Part shown: one piece after another, positions 1-45,000 of the stretch | Layout of the letters: each line of letters starts with the position of its first letter | Numbering within the stretch: the first letter of the stretch is position 1 | Assembly: GCA_002633005.1 (NCBI GenBank) | Contig: NMRA01000395.1 | Location: 316,757-380,756 of the forward strand | Length of the DNA stretch: 64,000 nt | Direction of reading: 5' to 3' | Source: Phoronis australis | Lineage: Eukaryota; Animalia; Phoronida | Notes under the pieces: generated by a model | Told to the model about the DNA's origin: nothing | What the model saw: the letters and a program-made list of their open reading frames with translations, nothing else | Database searches by the model: none | Program-made: the position numbers and the translations under genes

Positions 1-558
1 AGCAGTGTTGTGTTATTGGTTAAGTGTTGTTGCTTGTACCAGTGTCATCAGCCGTGTTTTTGTCATCGTCAGTATCATGGCTGTCATTGTCATGGGTGTT
101 CCTGTTTTTCGTCATCGACTTTATTTTTATTTTTTTCATTCGATTTTGTCTAGTGTCACTGACTCGGAATGCTTTCATTTTGAATTTCCATGATATATTA
201 ATTGTTCAAGATCTGACCGTTTCTATAATATTGAGTGCTCACTTTGACTAAACTTGTCAGGAATTCGGGTCTCCATGCATTCCCCAAGTGTTAGCTGTTC
301 AGTTATGGACATCAGTGTCAACATTCCCATTACTTGCAAGTGATGATGGCAGCAGGCAGTTGATCTGTGGGTCTGTGTGTCACCATGGAGATAAAGGTGA
401 ATAAAAAGTGCACTGTTCACTTGCAATGAGGTAGATTAATTTATGTTCTGAGGAAGGTATCCTTTAGCTCCTTCTTAAGGTCGGAGCATGAGTCAACTTG
501 CCCATTTCAGCTCAGTGGTGTTGAAAAGTGGCTTCATTCTTTACCCTTATCTTTCCAG

Positions 559-31617
<31,059 letters not shown>

Positions 31618-31859
31618 ATGGACAGTCAAGCACATTCCGTTAGCAGACAATCTCTCCATTGGAAGTATGCCTAGCAAGTTATGTAACCATAGTTATCATT
31701 ATTAAAGAAAATTATGTTGAAATATACCTGTAACAAACTGCCATTTCACTTATTTAAACCATAATGTGTAATTGACTATTTTGACTTGCTTCAAGTTGGT
31801 AAATTTATGCAGAAACTGGTGTCGGTGTTTGATGATGTACGTGCTGCACAACCAGTCAT

Positions 31860-32020
31860 CAATTCTCACCCTAAGCACTGTCTATATAATTAGTGTAAAT
31901 TCTCACCCTAAGCACTGTCTATCTAACTAGTGTAAATTCTCACCCTAAACACTGTCTATCTAACTAGTGTAAATTCTCACCCTAAACACTTGTCTATCTA
32001 ACTAGTGTAAATTCTCACCA
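31860..32020. repeat. About 38-bp minisatellite in the putative PTP 3' UTR
   Basis: AAATTCTCACCCTAAACACTGTCTATCTAACTAGTGT. Confidence 0.9.
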
Positions 32021-35000
32021 ATATGGGACATAATATGGCAAACAAGTGAAATTTTATTTTCTCATTTTTTGTAAAAGTTATGAAGCATCAAATTTATGTT
32101 TTACTGTGTTCAACTTCTGTAACCATAGCTACCATGAAAAAAATATTTTGAAAAATTGTGGCCATTCACAACAATGTTAAATGACCTGAAAAACAACATT
32201 TTTAATTTTTACAATTATTTTTGTCCTCATTTGGTAAAATTTTATCGTTGTCAACTAATCCATATAAATAGTATGTAGCCAGTCTGCTAACCTCACCATA
32301 ACCACTCTGTAGCTAGTCAGAGTTCCTTAGTCATGAAGAGAAGTACACTGCAATGTTGTAATACAAAATGATTGATGTCTCTCAATTCAAGGAATGCAAA
32401 TTTTTGTTGTTTTTCCTTTTCATCATTAAATTGAATCTGTTGTTAATATTGTTATTGTTTATTAATTTTAACTTGTTGAGATCAATTGAGGCATATCTCT
32501 TAGTAGCCTATAACCCTGAAATAAAGTTAACTACAATGTTATATTTATGGTTGCTTTCCATTTATTTGTTTAGCTTGCTCAACTGACATATAATACCATA
32601 CTAAGCTAATTAATGTTTCTGACTGGTTCAGTTATTTTACTTTTTAAAAACGTAATGTTGCAGCCAGACAACTTGAGAAACGTGTTACAGCCTGGTCCCA
32701 AACACAAGTTAGGTTGTACTCTACCCCATTTGTAGGACTAGCACGCGAGATGGCTGTTCCCACACCAGATAGGTTGTACTCTACCCCATGTGTAGGACCA
32801 GAATGTGACATGCCTCCCAGGTTGTCTGTGATTTGACCCCTTGAAGAACTGTAAAACAACCCAATGTTATGAGTGTTTTCACATAATTATGCTCTCATCA
32901 TTTGGGTTTTGAGGGGCTAAGTGCTCTGTAAATTGCCTTGCAGTTTTGCTGACGGTAGCTGTAAATCCATCAATTGTTATAGATAAATTGCCTTTGATTG
33001 GTGTTTATTGTTTTAAGATTACTACAATCACTTTGTTTTTAGTCTACTCTGTTTAGGAAAAAGACCATGCTCGTTGTCTATTGGGAGAAAATTGTTTTAT
33101 TAACCCTGTTGGTTTTGAATAAATGATGCTCATTGTCTATTGAGAGAATAACCCTGTTGGTTTTGAATAACTGCTCCAAATTTTGACTGAGTACTTATTA
33201 TTGAATAAACAAATTTATTTTACCAAACTCTCTGTCTGTCTGTACGTGTGCATGTATGTCTGTCTCTATCTGGTGTTTTTGTACGTAATTTTCACTGTTA
33301 CCAAAATCTTTATTATTGGCTTTACAGGCATGTTTGACAGATATGTCTGATGGCAAATCTTCGGTATTTTTGTAAAGTGGTACATCAGTAGTCACAATTG
33401 TTTGTAAATGGTTTGAGAAAAGTTTACAAACAGCAAATGTATCTACTTGGAAAGCGAAATATTAAGAATGTGATTGTTTATTTTCTCACACTTGTGCCAC
33501 TTTGATCAAAGGTTTTCGTCAGACATTTTATCACTTATACCAGATAAAGTACATTAGTGTATCATATGGTCCATCTACCAAATATCTTTATAGAACTATT
33601 TAGTGAATTATTAACAGCATTCATTACATTGTGTTAGATTTATTTTTATCACTATTTAGCCAGGTTACCCATAAGATATATCGTCCTTACTTGTGTATTA
33701 ATAGCTTTAAATCCTAATATACTGTGCCATCTGGTGTCCAACTACGCTACCTGTTGTCCTGCAGTGCCATATATTTTAAAAGCTTGAAGGCACTTGTCAT
33801 TCAGTGCCATGAGTTGGCATTCTTAGTTGTACTCAACTATGTATTGAGTGGAGTTCTCGCTTTCAGGTTGATTTAGTTGCCCATTTGAATTTGTCAATCA
33901 TTGTTTGTGACTTTAGCAGTATGATATACCAGTGAGAGAATTTGAAATAAATTCTTATGCCAAATGATTCTTACCAAACTTCGTTACTGTTTAGGAAATA
34001 ATAATATCTACTTTGTGTACACTAGGGAACATGCCTTCACCCACTTGTCAGTCAATACCATCCCAAACTACACACTAGTGTACAGTGTCACTTAATCTAC
34101 TGGACTGTGTTGTAATGTTCATGTCACTTGTGACTATTGTTAACTTCACGTCTACTTATGAAAATCTCCTGTACAAGAGACTACAGCATACAGGCCACTC
34201 ATTACAACCAACCTTACTAATTAACATAATTAACATTATGAGTAGACCCCAAACAATGGGTAAGTTTGATAGAAAATGCGGTCTGAGATTCACAATTTAT
34301 TAAATTGACAAAATAAATAGATAACATTTCCATCAACATCACAATACATGCAAGCTATGCAGCATAAACAACCCAAATGTTCACAAGTTTTCAAATACAA
34401 AAAAGCACCCTTCAACATACAAATCTGGAGACAGCTATACAAACACAGACTTCAAGTATTTTTTGATAACAAGAAAAATGTCACAATAAAAACGAATTAA
34501 ATAAGAATTCTATTGTGAAAAGTCAGCAAGTGGCACTTGTCACTGCAAGTGGCACCTGGCACTACAAGTGGCACTTGGCACTACAAACAGTTCAACTTAA
34601 AATGACTACCATTAAAATCATTGATCTCAGTTCTTAACATTTTTCATTACAACATTTCACCCCAGTCTGTGCTGAACTCAACTTGAGAGAAAAAAATCAC
34701 ATGTTAAGTAACAAAGTGCAAAATTACATCGCTACACATTACTTGCAGCAAAAGGTTTAGCATATGCTCATCAGTCGAGCAATCCACAAATTATTCAGAT
34801 TTTAAAAACTGTATTAATCTGCAAAGATGAATTTTGTGTCATCTCTTCTTATTTTAGTTTTTTAGTGTTTGAACACTAACATGTAAAGAACACAAAATGT
34901 CACATGGAAGGTGCAGTTAGGGTTAGGGTGCAGTTGGTGTCAAGTGTCAACTACTGCACAGTGTTATTAATATCAAACAGTGATTCAACAATCATTCCAC

Positions 35001-35089
35001 AAATGGTTTCTAAAACATCTTAAAATGATTTGAATTGACGTTTCTTTTTTGTCACCTTGTTTTTACTGAAGATACGTTCCAACAGCCAG

Positions 35090-35246
35090 CAGAAGTTGTC
35101 ACCAACCACACAGTAGAAGTTGTCACCCACCACACAGTAGAAGTTGTTACCCACCACACAGTAGAAGTTGTCACCCACCACACAGTAGAACTGGTCACCC
35201 ACCACACAGTAGGACTGGTCACCCACCACACAGTCGAACTGGTTAC
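35090..35246. repeat. 24-bp minisatellite in the putative HECT 3' UTR
   Basis: CACCACACAGTAGAAGTTGTCACC. Confidence 0.9.
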
Positions 35247-35891
35247 ATTCCAGGTTCACCCATCACATGAATCCATGATGATAATCATTTGTAAATTGGT
35301 GGACCTCCAAAAACAGTGACAAGTTCTCTTAGGAATGTAAAACACATAGCTTGCCATCAATTATGCCACAATTGAAGCCAGTTTGTACAAACAATATCTT
35401 ACACACTTACTGTTCACCAATGACAGCAGTGAACCAATTGTAAATAATTTGCTTGCAATAACCAGTCATGAAACTATCTTTTAGTGACAATTCACCAAAT
35501 ATTTTAGTGACAACAAAAACAGGCACTAAAATTTGATGCACGATTTCCTTTTATATAAATAGCAGTCAACAATGAATCATATTTGATCATTGAAACTTGC
35601 TCATATGTATGTCCATGCTCATATGTAGGCCAATGCACATATACCTGCAATAACACTTAAGGTAAATCCTTTTGGGCAAAACGCCAAAGAGTAACTTTTC
35701 AAAATAACATGTAACTAAAGCTCGTTTCCAGAAAGTTTGAAATAACACACGACATTTTCTCCTCACTACGAAGACATCAGCCTCACACCCATCGAGGAAC
35801 TGATGTAGTCACAGAGGTGGACACAAAACTTAATATTGCCATGTCAACAATTTGAACTTTAAATTAAGTGTTTGTTAGTGCCCTTCTCATC

Positions 35892-36012
35892 TTAAGTGAG
35901 ACCGAATCCTTTTCCATTCTCTATGGCTGTGTACAGGTGACGTTTTAACTTGTCAGCAGATGTGTATGCTGGCAATAGTAGTCTGTTGAAGCAGGTCATC
36001 GCCGTTGGCAAC
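35892..36012 (-). CDS. HECT E3 terminal exon with catalytic Cys ([16 protein letters not shown]...ENGKGFGLT*)
   Basis: ttttag acceptor, TCFN catalytic motif, TAA at 35892-35894. Confidence 0.96.
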
Positions 36013-39000
36013 CTAAAAGGCAGAAGTAAAAGACAGTGTTGGCAGGCAAAAGGATGAAAGCATGGTACTGTGTGTTGTTAAAGTTAGAGATGACACTTAT
36101 ACGACATATTGAGTTGTTGAATATTTGCTAATTATAAAATAACCTTTCAGGGTAATTCTGTATAATAATACGATTTTGTGGCACAAACTCTGCCTTCTAC
36201 AGTCAGTGTGGGCAGATTTCGTCACCATGTGCCTACAGCCTGGTCTTCTCCAAATGTGCCATATGTATTTGATGGTGGGGGTAATCACTACTCCAGGAGG
36301 GATTGAACTAACATTGCAGACATAGAGTTGAATATATTACCATGGCCATGACTGCAGTGCAGGGTGTGGTGAATATATTACCAAGGCCATGATTGCAGTG
36401 CAGGGTGTGGTGAATATATTACGAAGGCCATGATTGCAGTGCACGCTGTGGTATCCTAACAGCTAACTAAAGCTTCAATGTTAAATTAGTCAACTGTTTG
36501 GTATCATACAACTGTAGTGTGATCACCTGTCAGACTGCCCTGTACCGTTCCTCTGTATCACAATGGGTAGGTGGGAGAGCCCTTTGAGGGGCACGCGGTC
36601 ACTGCCTGTGATGAAATGGAGCAGCATCTTCTTATGTTCTCCACTCATCTCATGAACGACAGACCAGAACGCTCTGATGACTTGATGGTCTTCACTGAAC
36701 CCGTCGTCATATGAGACCGAGGATTGCAATGCATGGAAATCCTAGTCAGAAAAGATTCATATAAACCACTACAGAATAGTAGGAAATTCAAAATACATTT
36801 TACACGACAATGAATCCAAAGGTAATTAGTTTGATTATACACTAAATGGCGGACCAAACACAAAAACATTCAAGTAGTCCAGACTGAGTGCTTGCAGGTG
36901 ATAAAAGACAGTTGCCATGATGTTATATTATATACCATTTGTTGTGTTGTGTAACTCTTATCAAAGGTAATTACTGCATTAAGGCAGGTAAATACACAAA
37001 AAATTAATTTTGACTGTTTTTTTACATTTTTATGTCATCCTAATCTTTAATTCTTGATGCACATCATAGTGAAGAAAACTAAAATCATTCTGAAAATCCA
37101 AAGTTGTTTTTTAATTATATTTGACCAAGCTTCAGTAAGTCAGTCATATGGCTTGAGTGCTCACCAGCTCCGTGACTGACAAGTGGGGCGGAGCTTATAC
37201 AAGGACACTAGCTCTAATCTAATCCTGTCAACAAACATTGCGTAACCAGGCAATCAAGAGTGCTGTACCAGCTGATATAGATGATGTAGCGAGACCAAGA
37301 ATAAAATAATTCTATTTTTGACCATGTGAAAGTTGGTGGTGAAATGGTGAAATCCTGTTCCAAGCCTGAGCCTGTTTGTCCATCAGCAAAAAAATTAAGT
37401 TGTACGCTAAGTCCTACAGAAGCCATCGCTGCACTCAGCTCGAGGAGTTAGTGCAGAAATTGGGCGTGTGCAAGAGAATTCGAAAAGGTGAGGTGTCTTG
37501 TGAGAGGATGCTGAGCGTCGACGTGGGTGGTGTTGCACGATTTGATGAGAGTGTGCGCACGCGCTGTGAAGACACGCCGCACGCGCGAGACATGGACAAC
37601 TACATGCCGTTGGAGTAGAGTTTCTGGAGATAAACCGTGCTTCTGTGCTAGGAACACGCCGTGGAGAAACTAGGCTGCCAAACTCAGTGGATTTTTGAAC
37701 TTGCCGCCAGCAGTAACCCAAAGAATTAGAGAAATGACCATACCACAGATTCAAACGTATCCCTGAACTAAAACTCATGATACTATTATACGATTTTAGT
37801 AGAAAGCAAGACAGGAAACTTTGGTAACTTGAGAATCTCACCCAAGCGACGCTATTTGTACAGAAAGTGCTATTTTTTATCCCAAAGTCCATTCGATCAA
37901 AATGTTAGCGGTACAGGCACATGAAAATGTTGAACCATTAGGGTGAAAGTAGTTCTTGATCCTCGTTGCCAATATTGTTATCATATGCAGACAGTAACGC
38001 GGCGATTTGATGTAACACATGTTGGTTGATGAAGAGACGGTAACTACATATAACATTATAACATTGGAATATCAACAAATAGGTCTATGTGAGAGAGTCT
38101 TTTGCCACACTGAGTGGAGAGTGCAGATGAGTCGCATAAACAATCAACACATGGTTTTAATGATGTGTGGTCGGCACACCAGGGCCCGGTCTCCAATCTT
38201 TTTACTCGAAATGGAACTCGAAATTAGGTTTGGCATTTTCTACTCTACTTTTGGCGAACTCAAGATAAGTGTCTATTATTCTGTACTCGAGTACACAATA
38301 ACTTATGTAGATAATTTATTGCCCTTCGTTCAAAGTTTGTAAACCCAATATTAAAGCAATAAGTTCGAGTTTGAACTCGAAATTTCGAGTTTTTACTCAA
38401 GTTTGTGGCACGAATATAAGAGTCTTCAAGGGCAAACTTGAATTAGAAACTCCTATGCATAAACTACAATGTATTCGAGCACAGTCTGATAACCAATTAT
38501 CTTAAGTTTGCACGAAAGGAGCAGAGAAATTGCCAAAAAGTTTTGAGTTCGTTTCGAGTACAAAGATTAGAGACCGGGCCCAGAACAGCAGACAATAGAT
38601 TAACGCTAAGCTCCGCCCACGTGACAGCAATATTCGTTTTGGTCGTCTGTTGTGCTTCACAAGTTTGCAAAAATGATAAAAAGTACGCTGTGAACAAACA
38701 GGTATGTAACATTTTCAAAACATGAAGTAGTACATCAACAAAAATTGGAACATAATGACTGTATTCTAATCGAATTGAATTATGATCTCAAGTGGCAATC
38801 GATGCCCGCTGAAGTTCAAAGCCGTTTTTCTCGGCTCATGATTTCAGGGTAGTGACAAGATTCTCACGCCTATTTTTCCGCAACACATGGGTTAATTTTT
38901 ATGAAATTTGCAAATTTGAAATCCTCCAGAACTGAAGGAAAATCGCGTGCCAGGGTTTTTTGATACATGGACCAGATTTTTAATTATTAGACGGAAAGTG

Positions 39001-42000
39001 ACCAAAAAGTGGCGTGCTTGCCACAACTCACACGTAAAAATGCCACAAAATCAAGATTGTTCATATATTTGGTATGTATAACTAGAATATTGCGTTAGGA
39101 AACAGTTGATGATAATCCCTGTACATTTTGAAAAAAAATCGAGGTATAATTGGATTTTTTGAAAATTAAAAAATACGAGATGAAAAAAACGAACTACAAT
39201 AAAAACTTTTTTTTGATTTTTGTCACTTTGAGAGTCAATTCTAACTAGTTAAAACACTTTATACTTATTTTAGATAGGAACCTTGAGATCTGACCAGTGT
39301 ATACACCCACCCTTAACACTAGGATAACTCTAATCAAAGCTGTAAGGGGGTTTTGCAGCAAATTTTGATTAAGGATAAATGGTAACTGATCTGGCAAAGC
39401 AATCCCTGTTACAACAATAATAAGAAAGGTTTGGAGGGAGACAGTTACTGGGAGACTTTAGTTGCAAGGAGACCTTAGTTGCTGGGAGGCCTCAGTTGCT
39501 GGGAGAGCTTAGTTGCTGGGAGTCTTTTAGTTGCTGGAAGACCTTAGCTGCTGGGAGACCATAGATGCGGGAAACATTCAGCTTTTGAACTGAGTAGAGT
39601 ACTCTACAGTCGATAACATCTTTAACCTACAGAGTATCATTCAGAGACATGTCACTAAACGGAAGGGGAAAGTGCATTGCGAATTCATTGATTTCAGTAA
39701 GGCATTTGATAGTGTAAATATTTCCCATTTACTTTATGCCCTATTAACCAAAGGTTTGCATGGAAAATGTTTCACATTTTGTGCACTATGTACAGCTCTA
39801 TACAATTGTGCGTTATGGTACAGTCACAGACCACGCCCTATTTCAACTGTACAGTCACAGACCACGCCCTATTTCAACTGTACAGTCACAGACCACGCCC
39901 TATTTCAACTGTACAGTCACAGACCACGCCCTATTTTAATTGTGCAGTTGGTCTCCAGCAAGGATGTGTTTTAAATCCCTGGGTGTTCTCGGAGTTAGCA
40001 CACTGGTATCTGATATTAGAAAAAAATGTAAGCAGATGTATACGCGTCTCCCCAGGTTGTGATATAGGTTCTCTGTTTTTTGCAGATTATTTAGTGCTGG
40101 TTTCAAATACTGTTGATGGGCTACAGATGAAGCTCAATGTTCTCGATAAGTTTTGACGAGATTGGAACTTGCAAGTTAATTTGAAGAAAACAAATGTGGT
40201 ATTTAAGCGAGGCGGCATACATTAAAAGACTGAAAATAGATACCAAAGCATACTTAGGAGTCACATTCTCCTACAGACTTAAATGGACAGAGTGTTATAG
40301 AATACTTGCAAGCCAAGCTCAAAAAGCAATGAGCCTTATTAAAGCCACTGTAAACTTCCCATACAGTGCATTACAAACTCTTTGACTCCATGATTATGTC
40401 CATACTTAACATATGGCAGGGCTTGGAATGACCAATGACAAAAAACGCAGTAACTTTTAACTTTTATGGCCCAAAACATGCGCGCTACCCAGCCTTGAAA
40501 TGGTCGATGTGAACCTTACGCAGACAAAAATCGGGAGGACTAAAAAAAAAACAAACGTTACCATCAGTACCATGCGTATGCATCCTTTTAGCTCGTCCGT
40601 CCACTCCCAACCCACACATTTTTGGCTGCAGAGCCGTAGCTTTTGTCACCGCGGTTTACAATCACACGAGGCGCCATTGAAAATCCCAGATGCCCCGGCA
40701 ATGTTGACAATTTACGTTCCTCCGAAACATAAAGAGCAACTTCCGCTTTTTGAGGTGAACGTCGTCTGCAGCGCCGCGGTAAGAAAGGAATTTGCACCGG
40801 AAATTTTATATCAAATCCAATTTTTTTTACGCGGAAATATAATAAAATGCGCGGACAGAACATTTGAAAAAAGCAGAAATCCGCGTTTCCGCGGAAAATT
40901 CCAAGCCTTGATATGGGCAGAAATATGGGGCACATCAATGTGTGAATCTATTGAAAAAGTTCATGATTTCTTTAAATATGTTCTGAGATTGAGTATTAAA
41001 ATGCTGAATGTTATGGCTCGTGGTGAATGTGGGAGACAATTGTTAATAACAAAATCTATGTGTAAACCAATTACCTATTGGACAAAATTACTTGATATAG
41101 GAGAACATAGGTAACCACTGAAGTGTTATAGTGTGCTTAGGGAACAAGGTGAAAACAGTAATCATAACTGGGCACGCGTCAAAGAAATTTTGTATAGGTA
41201 CAGTTATGGAGAAGTGTGGTTATTTGGCGCACGTAATTGTGTTGATTAGAATTTAATGGTATTCAAGCAGAGGTTACTAAATTGTTGAGTACAGGAATGG
41301 CAACTGGAAATAGGTAGTTCAAATAAATATGAATTTTACAGTCTTATTAAATGTGATTTTGTTAGGGAGCAATATGTGAATTGTTTAAGTGCTTACTCAG
41401 AATACTGGTGCAGTTTCGATGTTCAGGTCACTCACTTAATATAGAGAAAGGTAAACCTAAAAGTGAGAGATCATGCAGCAAGTGCAATCTGGGTGAAATT
41501 GACGATGAGCAACATTTCATGTGTCGATGACCAGTTCTTGGAGACCTTGGAAACATTTTTCTATCAGAGCTTGTGAATGCCAACTCTTGTTAGGTTATTT
41601 CAAAAGAAAAATCACGACAGTATCCAGCGCCTTGCATTGTATATTCAGAAGGCTATGGCTTTAAAAGAAGAACTGTTCTCTGTGTAAATACTCTGAATAT
41701 ACATTTGAATTTATGTATTTATGTATGTGTAGGAAATGCCTATGGTGTACAATAAATGATTGTATTAGTTGCTTGGAGACCTTAGTTGCTGGGAGACATT
41801 AGTTGCTGGGAGGCCTTAGTCACTGGGAGACCTCAGTTGCTGGGAGATCTTAGTTGGTGGGAGACCTTAGTTGCTGGGAGACCTTAGTTGCAAAGAGATA
41901 TCAGTTGCTGGGAGACATTAGTCGCTGGGAGAACTCAGTTGCTGGGAGACCTTAGTTGCTGGGAGAAATTAGTTGCCGGGAGACCTTCATTGCTGGGAGA

Positions 42001-45000
42001 CCTTAGTTGCTAGGAGATATCAGTTGCTGGGAGTCATTAGTTGCTGGGAGATCTTAGTGGCTGGGAAACATTAGCTGCTGGGAGACCTTAGTTGTTGGGA
42101 GACCGTTATTGGTGGGAGATATTAGTTGCTGGAAGCCATTAGTTGCTGGGAGACATATGTTGCTGATGGACATATGTTGCTGATGGACATTAATTAGTTG
42201 CTGGGAGACATATGTTGCTGATAAACATTAATTAGTTGCTGGGAGACATATGTTGCTGATAAACATTAATTAGTTGCTGGGAGACATTAGTTACAGGAGG
42301 ATCCTAGATCCAGAGAAGCTAGGTAACAAGACTGAGTTGAGTGCCTTATTTGATACATACAGGTACCAGTCACTCAAAAGTAGTATGAACTTACCAAGTC
42401 CGGACTACCACAGACAAGTAGTTCAATCTCATGAGGCTGAAACAGTGCCAGAGTCTGAGTACTGCACACTTTGGAGAAGCCTCGTTCAAATGCCTGTCAA
42501 CACAAACAAAGATGGATAACAAGACATCCTTACATAGGGTATATACTGAACAAAAACCATGGAACTTTGAATGTTTTACATACATCACATAATGAGGAGC
42601 TGCATACAACAGCAGACAAGTAAATACAACAGCTGAGAATTGAATACAACAGCTGACACATTAGAATTAATCACTAACTGGCATTAAATTAAGTCCAGAG
42701 TTTCATTACATGAAGTACACACTGGGTCTCTCTGGAGTGTGCCACCACAAACACATATTGTGTAGTTATGCACCAGATACTGACTCAATGTTGTGTGTTC
42801 CAGAACGCACTGTCTGAGGTTATATCTAAAACTCCCAAGACTCCTTCGAGAGTGTGCTAGCATAAACACACACTTTTTGTAATTACATACCTGAAACTGA
42901 GGTGCCACACTGTCCACAAGCGTGTACTCGACAAATCTGTTGACAAATTCCACACGATTCTGAAATGAGTAAAACAATGGTCAAGACCACAGAAAACTTG
43001 GAGCACACTGGACGGGCATCTCTTGTGAAGGATTTCAGACTGCAACAATACAGTGAACCAAGCCACAACTGAAAACTTCAACCTAGAATAGATGAATTTT
43101 GTAAAATGTGGTGCAAATTTTGTGACACAAGATATCACCAAACTACACTCCGTCCAAAAACATATTGTGAAGCTAAGAATTTTGATTAAATCAGGGCTTG
43201 GAATGACCAATGGCAAAAAACGCGGAAACTTTACGGCCCAAATCATGCCCGATAACTAGCCTTGAAATGGTCAATGTGAACCTTTCCCCGACAAAACTCG
43301 GGAGGACTATAAAAAAGAAAAAAAAACGTTACCACCATCAGTAGCATTCGTCTGCATCCTTTTAGCTCACCCGTCCACTCCCAACCCACACATTTTTGGC
43401 TGCAGAGCCGTAATATTTGTCGCCGCGCTTAACAATAACACGAGACGCCATTGAAAATCCCACCACGCTGTCCCAGATGCCCCGGCAATGTTGACAATTT
43501 ACGTTCCTCCGAAACATAAGGAGCAACTTCCGCTTTTCGAGATGAACGTCGTCTGCAACGCCGCGGTAAGAAAGGAATTTGCTGTGGAAATTTTATATCA
43601 AATCTGATTTTTTTTACGCGGAAATATTATAAAAAAGCGGAAAGCACATTTGAAAAAAGCGGAAATCCGCATTTCCGCGGAAAATTCCAAGCCCTGTTAA
43701 ATATTATTAGCAAAAGCATGCTCTAAATTGTATAGAAGACAAAAATAGAGCCTTTTACAATGGTGCTGTGAATTACTCTTGGATAATTTCAACCGTTTCA
43801 TGTCTGTCAACATCTGGACACGTTATTTCCCGAAAATTTTTAATTTTTATTTAAAACCAATATTAAAACTAAAGTCCTTTCAGAACAAGCCTAAGACATA
43901 TATATATATGTGTATGTGTATCTATGTATATGTGTGTATATACATATACATATACATGTACATGTATATGTACATGTATATGTATATATATATATGTATA
44001 TTATGCACATGTAGCCTTCCAACTGAATATACACCTAGACAGACTGATAAGGCCACCATGTTTTTTGGATCTCCTCAGTTACAGATTTTACCTTCTGCAT
44101 AAAACTTATCCAGACTCTATTGACAAACCTTGATCGTGACAGGAATTGTTGCTCCTTTAGGAACGAGTTCCACCTCTTTTCTCTGACCAAACATGTCAAC
44201 TGATATCTGAAACAAATACTTAGTGTACACCACCATTATTTAAAAGAACATACACCATTATTTAAAGGGACACATCTTTCTAACTGGCTGCCTTAACTAG
44301 AAATTACAAGCTATATTGCCTAAAGGTAAATGCCAACTCTTGTCAAATCCTCACATAAGTTTAAGTGTACGTTTTCTTTAAGTTAACTTTTCAACTGTAA
44401 ACTGTCAACTGTGTGCATTATATGACACTAAAGCTGTATCCAGTATGCATAATGAAACATCTTGCGAGCGATCAGCTGACTGTCCATATGACTGTCAAAA
44501 CAGTACAATAGCTGGACAAAATTCAATCAAATATAGCTTCAGATGACTTTGGATAAATAGCAAAAGAAAAATTAATGTCGTTGAGTTCAAAAAACTTAAT
44601 AATACAGCGGGAGTGAGCGATGAGCAAACTTAATAATACAGCGGGAGTGAGCGATGAGCAAACTTAATAATACAGCGGGAGTGAGCGATGAGCAAACTTA
44701 ATAATACAGCGGGAGTGAGCGATGAGCAAACTTAATAATACAGCGGGAGTGAGCGATGAGCAAACTTAATAATATAGCGGGAGTGAGCGATGAGCAAACT
44801 TAATAATATAGCGGGAGTGAGCGATGAGCAAACTTTCAGTACCATTAAATAAGAGCAACACTTTTTATTAGATTCCATTTTTGACAATTCTTTAAATCTC
44901 GTTCCTAAAAGTTACATGCGGTTCACAATAGCTTCTTTCAGAGTTGAGTAATGTTCAGAATACCAAATACATTTGGTTCATGAAGTCACTATGTCCAAAG

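Noticed and set aside
5-251. Hydrophobic ORFs as the RPTP transmembrane exon
   Set aside because: Low-complexity GTC/T-rich sequence with no convincing donor in a compatible phase
37376-37892. ORFs inside the TTAA-flanked element as a transposase
   Set aside because: Short, with no recognisable DDE or THAP motifs
40500-41114. 204-aa ORF as a gene
   Set aside because: Chimera of non-coding MITE sequence and decayed LINE frame
44592-44835. 34-bp repeats as a CRISPR array (likewise the 33-, 39- and 48-bp arrays)
   Set aside because: Head-to-tail units with no unique spacers, eukaryotic context, no cas genes
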